DNA of 64,000 nucleotides, taken from NCBI GenBank assembly GCA_977017645.1, contig OZ360243.1:69130001-69194000 (forward strand), read 5' to 3'. Numbering within the stretch: position 1 is the first letter of the stretch; every line of letters begins with the position of its first letter. A model generated the notes under the pieces. That model searched no databases. It saw only the letters and a program-made list of their open reading frames with translations, and was not told the DNA's origin. The translations under genes and the position numbers were made by a program. This document shows positions 1-11,049 of the stretch, one piece after another. The DNA comes from Torpedo marmorata. Its lineage: Eukaryota.

Positions 1-2697
1 TCCATTGATTGCCCAACCAAGCATGGTTCTAATAGCGTAAGGTCCATTCCTTTTACTCTCTATTACTTCTTTTGGTACCAAAACCTTTGGCACATCTGAA
101 CCAATCAGCATTTCTATTTCAGAATTAATTTCAGGTAAATAAACCTTCCATAGATAAGCTAAATGATGGATATCCCTTTGATGAGGAATATTTCCTTCAT
201 TCACAGGCATAGTCTTCTGAGTATATACACTTGGAAGATCACAAAATTTTTTGTCATCCAATCCAGCAACCTCTAAGCCTGAAACAATGTTAGTTTCAAC
301 AACCTTTTCTTGTCCCATGGTTTTTAACATAATTCTTGATCTTTTTCCTTGAATATTAAGTTTATTCATTAGTCCTTCCGTGCAAAAAGATGCAGTGCTG
401 CCTGGGTCTAAAAATGCATATGTTTTTACTATTGCATCCCCTTTCTTGGCCTTGACTTGTACAGGCACTATTGAAAGTTTGCAGTTATTCACCCCGGCCC
501 CAGTAAGACCACTTGTCTGAACCGAGGTTATAACATTATTTTCTGTTGTTTCCTTTGTTTCTGTTTGCTCTTTTTCCAATTCCTTGTTTCTGTTATGGAT
601 ATGCAAAATTCTAGGATGTTTTAAATTGCATATGTTACAATTAATTCGCTTCTCGCAGTTTTTACTAATGTGCCCTTTACACAGACAGCTAAAACATATT
701 CCATTTTCCTTTAAGAAAGCGATCTTTTCCTTATGTTCCTTCTTTTCCAATCGTAAACACATTTCCAAAGTATGTCCACCTTTACAGAACAAACAACTCT
801 TTTCATCATGCAAACCTTCCTTTTCCTGATTTACTTTGTCCTTTTCTTTACTTATAACTTGCACATTAGTAGCAAAAGTACTCCTTTTCACTTTCGGACT
901 AAACTGTGTGTTAGACTTTCTTACATCTTTGCCCATTGAATTATCTCTGGTATTTCCATGTAGTGGATCCGTTTCAATGTACACCTGTCGTTCAAGAAAA
1001 TTTACCAAATCCTTTAAGGTAATTTTTCGACCGTAATTTACTTGTAAATCACAAGCCAAATTTCTCCATCTATCCCATACCTTGTAAGGTAATTTTTCTA
1101 AAATGATTCGCATATTACTATGCACATCAAGCTCACGAATACTATCGATTTCTTCCATAGCATTACAACATCCTCTTAAAAACAGAGTAAACTCTTGCAG
1201 AGCCTTTACATCATTTTGTTTTATTGATGTCCATTTAAGAGCTTTATCCATATAAGCTAAAGCAATTCGATGCTTGTTGCCAAAATATTGTTCCAATAAA
1301 GCCTTAGCTTTGTCTAATCCTCTTCCTGAAGACATTTGTTTACAACTTTTTACCAGTTCTTTTGGATGTCCCTTTGTGAACATTTCCAAATAATAAAGAC
1401 ATTCATCACGATCTTGGCATTTATCTTCAATATTGCGTTTGAAAGATCTCATAAATGATTGATATTGAAGTGGATCACCATCAAAAGTTTGTATCTCTTT
1501 CTTGGGTAAAGAAGAGAGAGACTGTAACTGAAACAATGATGCAGCAATTTCATTTTGTCTTTCCTTGGATGACAATACATTGCTCTGTTCACTGTTTCTT
1601 GTTGCATGCAATGTATCTGGAAATCTTACTGGTATAGTTTCTTCCATATTTCTGATGCTTGACTCATATAACAAAGAATTTACTTCGTTCGATCGGACCC
1701 AAGCCGCAGCTTTGCTTTCAGATGTTACTAATGGTACATGTGACTCGATACCAATATGCTCGTGAAAGGTTTGTCCTTGTATATGTAAGTTTTGTATCCT
1801 TGGTTCTAAAATATCTATTCTTTTGGTTGGTTTCTTTTCCTGTGACTCCTTTTTTGAATATGACCTTTTATTATCAGACAATTTAGATAATTTACTGCTA
1901 GCACCAGATACCATTGAGCCTTCTATTGCTTTCTTTTCTGCCTTGGCAATAGCAATGTTTGCTTCCAGCTCCTGCTGTTCTTTTCTCTTCCTTAGCTGCT
2001 CCTTCTCTTGTCTTAGCTGCTCCTTTAGCTGTTTCTCATTTTGTCTTAGCTGCTCCTCCTCTTGTCTTAGCTGCTCCTTTAGCTGCTCCTTTAGCTGCTC
2101 CTCCTTTTGTCTTAGCTGCTCCTTTACCTGCTCCTCCTTTTGTCTTAGCTGCTCCTTTAGCTGCTCCTCCTTTTGTCTTAGCTGCTCCTCCTCTTCTTCC
2201 AAAATATATTTATCCTTAAGCGTTTTTTGTTGTGCAAGAAGAGCGGCCAATTTAACATCAATCTTTGTACGTGACGACGCAGAACTTGAAGTACGAGAAA
2301 CTCTGGAGCTCGAACCAGAACTTCTTTTGCTTCTCCTGCTTTCAGCATTTGAGACACTGTCACTTGCTTGTATTTCGTCCTGCAGTTCATATGTTGTCTT
2401 CATACTTACCTCTTTATCCAATTCAAAGTGTTCATCATTTGTTGACACAATTTCAGCCATTTCCAAGTTATCTTCTTGTTCCACTAATGAAGCTGCCTCT
2501 TCATCCTTTGCCAGCTTCAATCTTTCGATAAGAACCTTTTTATTTCCACTTATGTCCTTTTTCAGTCGCTTCAATTCTTCTTTAATATCTGAAACCTTCA
2601 TGTCTTCAATACGTTGGTCCTCAACAGCAACATCAGCGGTTGCTGCGTCAGCTGCTGATATATCAGTAGCTGCTGTATCAGTGGCTGCTGCGGCCAT
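1..2697 (-). CDS. BEL/Pao LTR retrotransposon gag-protease polyprotein, 5' part; runs off the window start
   Basis: ATG at 2697 (MAAAATDTAA...). Segments I translated by hand give a SAP-like motif, a coiled-coil repeat, a DUF1759-like region (LPKKEIQTFDGDPLQYQSFMRSF), Cys/His knuckles (CLFCKGGHTLEMC; CFSCLCKGHISKNC; CNICNLKHPRILH), an aspartic protease motif (TYAFLDPGSTASFC) and GPYAIRTMLGWAING. Both ends are in the same frame. The ORF is absent from the track, probably because no stop occurs inside the window. Confidence 0.9.
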   Translation of the reverse strand, partial: MAAAATDTAATDISAADAATADVAVEDQRIEDMKVSDIKEELKRLKKDISGNKKVLIERLKLAKDEEAASLVEQEDNLEMAEIVSTNDEHFELDKEVSMKTTYELQDEIQASDSVSNAESRRSKRSSGSSSRVSRTSSSASSRTKIDVKLAALLAQQKTLKDKYILEEEEEQLRQKEEQLKEQLRQKEEQVKEQLRQKEEQLKEQLKEQLRQEEEQLRQNEKQLKEQLRQEKEQLRKRKEQQELEANIAIAKAEKKAIEGSMVSGASSKLSKLSDNKRSYSKKESQEKKPTKRIDILEPRIQNLHIQGQTFHEHIGIESHVPLVTSESKAAAWVRSNEVNSLLYESSIRNMEETIPVRFPDTLHATRNSEQSNVLSSKERQNEIAASLFQLQSLSSLPKKEIQTFDGDPLQYQSFMRSFKRNIEDKCQDRDECLYYLEMFTKGHPKELVKSCKQMSSGRGLDKAKALLEQYFGNKHRIALAYMDKALKWTSIKQNDVKALQEFTLFLRGCCNAMEEIDSIRELDVHSNMRIILEKLPYKVWDRWRNLACDLQVNYGRKITLKDLVNFLERQVYIETDPLHGNTRDNSMGKDVRKSNTQFSPKVKRSTFATNVQVISKEKDKVNQEKEGLHDEKSCLFCKGGHTLEMCLRLEKKEHKEKIAFLKENGICFSCLCKGHISKNCEKRINCNICNLKHPRILHIHNRNKELEKEQTETKETTENNVITSVQTSGLTGAGVNNCKLSIVPVQVKAKKGDAIVKTYAFLDPGSTASFCTEGLMNKLNIQGKRSRIMLKTMGQEKVVETNIVSGLEVAGLDDKKFCDLPSVYTQKTMPVNEGNIPHQRDIHHLAYLWKVYLPEINSEIEMLIGSDVPKVLVPKEVIESKRNGPYAIRTMLGWAING
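1965..2200 (-). repeat. In-frame tandem repeat in gag encoding an (EQLRQKEEQLK)n coiled coil
   Basis: Repeated cttagctgctcc / tttagctgctcc units on the + strand. Confidence 0.85.
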
Positions 2698-2957
2698 TTT
2701 ACTCGTCTTGTTCCTCTTTCCTTCAAGCATACACAACACTAGCCAAACAACAGTCCCCAATGGACCAGCGGCAGCAATACCAATCTGTGTTCTTACTTGC
2801 TAAAGATACACAGAAGGAGTCCACAGACTTATGCCTACCACTTCAAATGACTGTAATGTGCTGCAATCCACAAACGAGTTTCAACCACAACATCCGTCAC
2901 TAATATCACTGATTTTCCAAAAAATAGTTTTTCCAACGTATTTATAGGACACTTTTC

Positions 2958-3765
2958 TATAAGATTTGAAGCTTTAAATCACTCTCTGGCTGTTATTCAT
3001 GGCAGATGGATGTAGATTACAAACTGCCCCCAACTCGAGGCATCTCCAAAATGGCCACCAATTTATATCAGTCCAAAGCACAGAGAGTTTTTTCTATCTT
3101 CTTTCTTTCAAACTTCTGTTCCAAACAGCCAGCTCTTTATTGACTATAGTACGGTGACTTCGCTCCACCAATAGTCACCTGGAGGCTAAGTGTGGTCCTT
3201 GTCTTTGACTCGTTTTAATCAATTCACTAACAAAGTCCAATATGTTCAAAAACCTTTATTTTCACACATGACTTGCAGTAATCTTCAATGACTTTAATAT
3301 AAACAGTTCTTGTAAACGATGTATGATGAGTTCCTTTAAATAATTCTTTAAACAATTCCAAAATGATATGAAAACACTGTAGAACGATGTAAACACTGTA
3401 AAACGATATAAAACGGTCAATAAAGATGTGGAGACCAGACTCACCCTCCTACATCTCTATCCTTTCTTTGTTCTCTCTCTCTAATGGCTCTGCGCATCCT
3501 ACCCCGCGCATACTACAACTCCCAGCCTCCCACGCGCACAATGACGTCACTCCATACTGCGCATGCGCCCGTCGGCACTCCCGCGCATGCGCATATCAAA
3601 GAACGGGCCGACGACGGCCCACAGAACAACGCAAGCGCTCCAAGGCCCGACGTGGCCTCGGAGCGCTCCGAGGACGGCCTGGTGAACAACGCGAGCGCTC
3701 CAAGGCCCGACTAGACATCGGAGCGCCGCAACAACGGTAAGTTAAACGAGCCTACGGCTCTTACA
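2958..3765 (-). mobile_element. 5' LTR of the BEL/Pao element (~808 bp)
   Basis: Minus strand starts TGTAAGAG at 3765 and ends AATCTTATA at 2958, a near-perfect TGTAAGA/TCTTACA terminal inverted repeat. It has internal AATAAA motifs, lies upstream of gag, and contains CpG-rich 60-bp direct repeats at 3624 and 3684. Confidence 0.7.
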
Positions 3766-3889
3766 GGGAGGGTTAAGGGGTGTAATGTATTCTGTACTTG
3801 ACACGTTTGAAATCTGTTTATATTTTGTGATTGTTTATTAATGTTTTGTGAAAATTTCTGAAAATGAAAAATAAAATATTAAAAAAAAA
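3766..3889 (+). mobile_element. L1-clade 3' UTR and poly(A) end, cut by the BEL insertion
   Basis: Ends AATAAAATATT followed by A9, like the other L1 3' ends in the window. Confidence 0.55.
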
Positions 3890-5260
3890 CAACGAGATAG
3901 TTTGACTTTGGACATGTGAGCCCTATAAACTACTTTAAATTATAGGAGAGAGTGGTGGGCACATAAAGAAAAGGTATTAACCAATTTGAAAATTACATTC
4001 CAAGTTTCTTCAGGAATTAAAAGCTGAAGGTCCTGCTCCCAGGCTTTTTTAATTTTATCTGAGGGAGCCTCTCTTGTTCCCAACAACATATCATAAATGT
4101 TAGATATTGATCCGTTATAGAAAGGTTGTAAATTAAAAATTACATATATTAAATTCTTATCAGTCCTCTTCGGAAATGTATGTAATTGACATCGTAAAAA
4201 ATCTCTAATCTGTAGATCACGAAAAAAATGAAAGTTGTTCAAAGGAAGCGAGACTCCCCTTGACAAATAAATCTTTAAAACATTTAATGCCCAATCTATA
4301 CCATTCTTTAAAAGTTTCATCAATCATGGAAGGTTTAAAGAAATAATTAGAAAAAATAGGACTAGAAAGAGAAAATCTCATTCATATCCTCAAAGTATGT
4401 TTAACCACTGGATTATTAGTTAATTTATTTAAAGATATAGGAAGTGAGGATCCAAGAAGAGAAATGAGAGAAAATTTTGTAACAGAATTAGATTCCAAAG
4501 AGACCCGTATTGGACAGTCTTCACGGTTAATATAGTATAAACAGAACGTAAGATTTTGTATATTGACTGCCCAATAATAAAACCTAAAGTTTGGCAAGGC
4601 TAAACCTCCATTCTTTTTAAGTTTTTATAGATGGACTTTATTTAGGCGAGGATGTTTATTCTTCCATATATAAGAAGATAATATTGAGTCAAGGGAATCA
4701 AAAAAAGACAGGAATAAAAACAGGCAAAGCCTGAAAAAGGTATAAAAATTTAGGTAATATATTCATTTTAATAGAGCTGATTCGACCAACCAATGATAAA
4801 GAATGGGGCGACCAATTTGATAGCACCCCTTTCACGTGTTTGATGAAGGTGAGAAAATTTTCTCTGAATAAGTTTCTATGGCTTTTAGTAATTGTTACAC
4901 TAAATAGGTAAATTGATTTCTTACAATTTTAAAAGGAAGGTTAGTATTTATCGGTGCCAAATTATTCAAAGGAAAAAGTTCACTCTTATGAAGATTTAAC
5001 TTATAACCTGAAAATTGACTGAAATTAGAAATTAAAGAAAGCAGAGAAGGCAATGAAGTCTGAAGATTAGAAATAAAAAGCAATAAATCATCAGCATAAA
5101 GCAAAACTTTGTGGGCTGTGCCCTTCCTTAACATGCCAGTAATATCATTAGATTCTCGAAAAGCAATAGCTAAGGGTTCTAAAGCCAGGTCAAAAAGCAG
5201 TGGACTTAAAGGGCATCCTTGTCTGGTTCCACGCTGGTCTAAATGGTTTAGAAATCGGAT
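3890..5260 (-). mobile_element. Degraded L1-clade LINE ORF2 fragment
   Basis: RGTRQGCPLSPLLFDLALEP, HKVLLYADDLLL, GYKLNLHKSE and PNFRFYYWAVN, with frameshifts. Confidence 0.85.
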
Positions 5261-6373
5261 TGAAACACTTTAAGCCAGGGCATTTCGCATCTATGTGTGA
5301 CATTGATATACGAGTTGTGACTCCATTGGTACCAGCCTCATACCACTTCTCACAATGTACAATGGTAACAGCTGCCCTTTGTCGGGCTTTAATTGTTGAG
5401 GACAATGAAGCAAATCATGTCTCTTTTATTTAAACTCCCACTGGGAACGTGTATAGTATAATTTCCACCATATCCATGCCATTTCAAATAACAGTCTCCA
5501 CTGTGTGACATGGAAATTAGGTTTTGCAAACATTTATTTAATTTGTTAAGTACTGTATGTCAACAAAAACTGTACAGTATATTGTTTGACGAACAGTATG
5601 GCAGAAGCAATTAATGTTTTGGAAAAGTGCTTTAAACGCATTTTATGCAAACATATATTTTCAACGACTTTGCAATCATTTTTGTGTCCAGTATGTCAGA
5701 GTAGTGGCAATGAGTGTTTACTGCTGTAAGATGCAGGAGATACACTGTCATTTATTAAAGAACACAGGCTTCCTGTAAAGAAAGCCTACAGTGTGCCTAA
5801 TGACAACACTGGAGGGAGTTTGGGTTGGATGGGTGGTCTTATTGTAAAGTCCATTGTGTAGTTAATAAATTCAACTTACTTGAACACAAACGTGCAGATG
5901 AAGCATAACTTATGATTGGAATGACACCAACTTCTCCTGGTAGAAGCAAGCAAACCTCTAATGCAGTGAGTGGAGGATACTCACTAAAAGACAGTGTGCA
6001 TAAAATCTCCTCGGCCACTTAGCAGTGAGGACACTAGGCAGGCACGACTTGAGGAACTGGACCCTGTACACCGTGAGGTCTCAGATCCAATAGAATCAAA
6101 GCACAATGCTGCAGGACGTGAGGCTTCAGCTCACTGAGTCAGGGCTGGCTCTTTCAAACGATATTGGTTTCAGTCCTAACCCTACAGGGACCCTCAGACT
6201 ACAGGGACCCTCATGGTACCCTGCCTCTTCAGGAATCACCCACCCACCACCCCATTGTCAAGGCAAGGAACATGAGCAGGTGCAGGATAATTAGCCCTTT
6301 GAGATTGGTTCTCGATTCAATAAGGCCAGGTCTGATCAGACAGTGTCTTCAAATTCAGTTTCTCTTGACTCCC

Positions 6374-6764
6374 GTTGTCTGAAGAGGGCGTGCAAAATTG
6401 TTGAGGACCCCTTCCACCCTGCACACAGCATCTTTCAGCTGCTCCCGTCAGGGAAGAGATACAGGAATATCAGAGCCAGCACCACCAGGCTGAGGAACAG
6501 CTTCTTCCCACGGGCAGTGAGAATGCTGAACGACCAAAGGAACTGCTCACACTAACCATCCGAGACTCTCATTTGTACAAAACAATATTTATTTATTTAT
6601 TGATTTTTATAGATAAAATATTTGTCCTGCATATGTATTGTTTGTCTGTATGTGTGTTATGTCTGGTTGTGTGTCTGCGTGTTTTGCACCGAGGACCGGA
6701 GAACGCTGTTTCGTCGGGTTGTACTTGTACAATCAGATGACAATAAACTTGACTTGACTTGACT
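6374..6764 (+). mobile_element. Rex1/Babar-like LINE 3' fragment with (TTGAC)n tail
   Basis: IVEDPFHPAHSIFQLLPSGKRYRNIRASTTRLRNSFFPRAVRMLN, then AATAAA and (cttga)n. Flanked by cttgactccc at 6364-6373 and 6758-6767. Confidence 0.85.
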
Positions 6765-7359
6765 CCCCAAGGTTACAACAAGACATCTCTACTCCTGCGG
6801 GACATCTTCCCTACTCTTTCCCAATGGATTAGCCGTTCTGTGTACACAATCCATTCTGCAGTCCTGCAGCCTCCCAACCAATGACTCAAGCCGCTGAAGT
6901 ATTTTGCTAAATATTTCAACAAAAACTGTACAGTATATTTTTTGATGGGCTGTATGGCAGAAGCAATTCATGTTTTGCAAAAGTGCTTTAAACGCATTTC
7001 ACGCAAACCTATATTTTCAACAGCTTGCACTCATTATAATTCTCTCTCCACCTCGGGAACACTCGGGGAAACACGATGGAAGGGGAAAGGTAGAATGGTT
7101 TTGACCCGATTACTGTATTTCCTATCCGTTAATGAACTACAATCGCTGGTGAGGCACACTCATCAAAGGTCCTGACACGCAGTGTCTGCCCACGATGCTG
7201 CCTGACCCACTGAGTTTGCTCTTGTTGTACCTGCCCCAATTACTGAGAGTGGCAGTCAGACAACTCCTCTTCTCTGCAATGATTACTCTCAGTGCTGAAG
7301 AGGACTAATGATCGTCTTCAAACTCATTTAAATAAGGTTCCGTTTGTTCCAAGTGACTT

Positions 7360-7770
7360 CATTAACAACTTCCACACGTGCTCCACTGAAAGCATCCTGT
7401 CAGGGTGCGTCATTGCGTGGGACGGGAACTGCTCCGCCCAAGACCGCACGAAACTGCAGAGGGTTGTGAACGTGATTCAGTCCATCACACACCCCCCTCC
7501 CCTCCATCACACACTCCCCTCCATTCCATCACACACCCCCTCCCCTCCATCACACACCCCCCTCCCCTCCATCGACTCCATCACACACCCCCTCCCCTCC
7601 ATCGACTCCATCACACATCCCCTTCCCCTCCATCGACTCCATCACACCCCCCTCCCCTCCATCGACTCCATCACACACCCCCTCCCCTCCATCGACTCTA
7701 TCACACACCCCCCTCCCCTCCATCGACTCCATCACACACACCCCCCTCCATCGACCATCACACACACCTT
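7360..7770 (+). repeat. Rex1-like LINE fragment running into a ~27-bp minisatellite (ccatcacacacccctcccctccatcgact)
   Basis: ESILSGCVIAWDGNCSAQDRTKLQRVVN followed by repeated HPLPSIDSIT units. Confidence 0.75.
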
Positions 7771-7832
7771 TCCTTCCCCTCCATACTCCAAAGAGAACAA
7801 TCTCAGCTCTTCCACTCAATCCACATTACAGG

Positions 7833-8170
7833 GGGGCAGGGCTACAGTGGGTCGAGCCACTGCCTCACAGCGCCAGAGACCCCAGTTCAATCCTGACCGC
7901 CGCTGCTGTCTGTGTGGAGTTTGCACGTTCTCCCTGTGATGGTGCGGATTCCCCATTGGTGCTCCGGTTGCCCCCATCCCCTCCCCTGCATCCCAAAGAT
8001 GTGCGGGTTGGTGGGATAATGGCTGCTGTAAATTGCCTCTAAGTTGTAGATGAGGGGTGGAATATGGAGGAGCTGATGAGAATAAAAACTGGATTACTGT
8101 TGGATGTGTAAATGGGTCAGCAGGGCTCAGTGGGCTGAAGGGCCTGTTTCTGTGCCGTTTCTCTCTCTGA
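7833..8170 (+). mobile_element. tRNA-derived V-SINE/HE1-like SINE
   Basis: tRNA-like head (cagcgccagagacccagttcaatcc), core tgtgtggagtttgcacgttctccc, and CR1-like tail gggctgaagggcctgtttctgtg. Confidence 0.7.
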
Positions 8171-8287
8171 CAGGTCTTCATCACCGGAATCATTTTGGTG
8201 AATCTTTTCTGCCTCCCCTCATCTCTTTCCTGATCTTTTCATCTATGGACAGTGAGACTGCGAGCTCTCTGTATTTCCTGACATTAT

Positions 8288-8500
8288 TTTAAATTTAGAC
8301 AAACAGCATACGGCACAGTAACAGATCCTTTTGGCACACCAGCCCGTGCTGCCCAATTCCACCCAATTAACCTCCAACCCTATACATTTTTTTGGAAGGT
8401 GGGAGGAAGCCGGAGCACCCAGAGGAAACCCACGCAGACACGGGGAGAACGTACAAACTCCTTACAGACAGCGGTGGATTCGAACCCGGGTCGCTGGCTC
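8288..8500 (-). mobile_element. V-SINE/HE1-like SINE
   Basis: Reverse complement of the core gtaaggagtttgtacgttctccccgtgtctgcgtggg. Confidence 0.75.
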
Positions 8501-8687
8501 TGTATTAGTATGGAGAATCGGCAATTTAAACAAAGGGTTTGCATCTTTTCCACCAAATATCTTGCTGTGACAGTTCACACAGGATATGAGGCATTGTTTA
8601 GATCGCAGGGGAAGACCATTTAATTCCTTGAGCCCATTCAACATTCAACCGATCAGAGATCCAACTTTATCTTTGGGTCCTTTTCCC

Positions 8688-10665
8688 ACATAGAACATTA
8701 CAGCACAGTACAGGCCCTTCGGCCCTCGATGTGGTGCCGACCTATATATTCCTTTGAAAAAAAAGTACTAAACCCTCCTTACCACATAACCCTCTATTTT
8801 TCTTTCATCCATGTGTCTGTCTAAGAGTCTCTTAAATGCCCCCAATGTTTCAGCTTCCACCACCATCCCCGGCAAGGCATTCTAGGCACCTACAACTCTC
8901 TGTGTAAAAAACTTACCCCTGATGTCTCCCCTAAACTTACCTCCCTTAACTTTGTACTTATGTCCTCTGGTGTTTGCTGATCCTGCCCTGGGAAACAGGT
9001 GCTGGCTGTCCACCCTATCTATGCCTCTCATAATCTTGTAGACCTCTATCAAGTCTCCTCTCATCCTTCTACGCTCCAAAGAGAAAAGTCCCAGCTCTGC
9101 TAACCTTGCCTCATGACTTATTTTCCAATCCAGGCAACATCCTGGTAAATCTCCTCTGCACCCTCTCCATAGCTTCCACATCCTTCCTATAATGAGGTGA
9201 CCAGATCTGAACACAATACTCTAAGTGTGGTCTTACCAGAGATTTGTAGAGTTGCAACATGACCATATAACAACTACAGCACGGAAACAGGCCAGTTCGG
9301 CCCTTCTAGTCCGCACCGATCCAAGTACCCTCCTCTAATCTCACCTACCAGCTCCCTTCCCATATCCCTCCATTCCACTCCCATCCATATACCTATCCAA
9401 TTTTTCCTTAAATGACAGAATTGACCCTGCCTCCACCACCTCTCCCGAAAGCCCATTCCACACATCAACCACTCTCTGAGTAAAGAAGTTCCCCCTCATG
9501 ATACTCCTGAACATTTTCCCGTCAACTCTCAACCCATGACCTCTTGTATCCATCTCTCCTACTCTCAATGGAAAAAGTCTATCCACATCAACTCTATCTA
9601 TCCCCCTCATAATCTTAAATACCTCTATCAAATCTCCTCTCAGCCTTCTACGTTCCAACGAATAAAGACCTAATTTGTTCAATCTTTCTTTGTATTCCAG
9701 ATGCTGAAACCCAGGCAACATTCTTGTAAATCTCTGCACTCTCTCTATTTTGTTGATATCCTTCCTATAATTTGGTGACCAGAACTGCACATAGTACTCC
9801 AAATTTGGCCTCACCAATGCCTTGTACAGTTTCATCATCACTTCCCAACTCCTATATTCTATGCATTGATTTATATAGGCAAGCATACTAAAGGCCTTCT
9901 TCACCACCCTATCCACATGCGATCCTACCTTTAGGGAACAAAGCACCGTTATTCCTAGATCTTTCTGCTCCACTGCATTCTTCAATGCCCTCCCATTTAC
10001 TACGTATGTCTTGCTTTGATTATTCTTTCCAAAATGAAGCACCTCACACTTATCAGCATTAAACTCCATCTGCCATCTTTCAGCCCACTCCTCTAAGCAG
10101 ATCAAATCCCTCTGCAATCTTTGAAAACCCTCTTCATCATCCACAATTCCCCCTATTTTAGTATCATCTGCATATTTACTAATACAATTTACTGCTTCAT
10201 CCTCCAGATCATTAATGTATATGACAAACAGCAATGGTCCCAATACCGAACCCTGAGGCACACCGCTTGTCACCGGCTTCCATCCTGACAAAAAATTATC
10301 CACTATGACCTCTCTACTCCTGAACTCAATCCCCCTATTAATGAAGCCCAGCATCCCATAGGCCTTCATAATTATCCTATCAACCTGTGCGGCAACCTTG
10401 AGGGATGTATGGATTTGAATCCCAAGGTCCCTCTGTTCATCCACACTCTTAAGTAACCGACCATTAACCCTGTACTCAGCCTTCTGTTTTGTCCTTCCAA
10501 ATTGCATCACCTCACATTTATCTGGATTGAAATCCATCTGCCGTTTTTCTGCCCAACTCTGCATCCTGTCTATATACTCTTGTAACCTTCGACAACCTTC
10601 AGTTCCATCCACAACTCCTCCAACCTTCATGTCATCCGCAAACTTACTGACCCATCCTTCCGCCA
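8688..10665 (-). mobile_element. CR1-clade LINE 3' fragment (host copy), interrupted at 9265-10304 by a second CR1
   Basis: KFADDMKVGG...FNPDKCEV...GIEFRSREV continues on the other side of the insert as ...LFSLERRRMRGDLIEVYKIM. Confidence 0.85.
9265..10304 (-). mobile_element. Nested CR1-clade LINE 3' fragment with atgacc duplication
   Basis: SGVPQGSVLGPLLF...KYADDTKIGG through the 3' UTR. atgacc at 9259-9264 and 10305-10310. Confidence 0.85.
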
Positions 10666-11049
10666 CTTGGTGGTGAAATCCTGAAATATCTTTGATAAAC
10701 GGAATTCCACCAATCAATCTCTTCCTTTAGTGTTTTTAATAAGATGATTACGAAGATGGGAATAGACTATGGAGGCCCCATGCTCCATCCCCCCCAATCG
10801 AAGTGATCTACCAGGATCGTTGTCTGAAGAGGGTGCTCAAAATCATTGAGGACCCCTTCCACTCTGCACAGAGCATCTTTCCACTGCTCCCGTCGGGGAA
10901 GAGATACAGGAGTATCAGAGCCAGCACCACCAGGCTGAGAAACAGCTTCTTCCCACGGGCAGTGAGAATGCTGAACGACCAAAGGAACTGCTCACACTAA
11001 CCATCCGAGACTCTCATAATCATGAAACAATATTTATTTGTATATATGA

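Noticed and set aside
1823-2803. 326-aa Ser/Cys-rich + strand ORF
   Set aside because: Antisense shadow of the BEL gag coiled coil.
7292-7939. 215-aa ORF
   Set aside because: Read-through of a LINE fragment, a minisatellite and a SINE.
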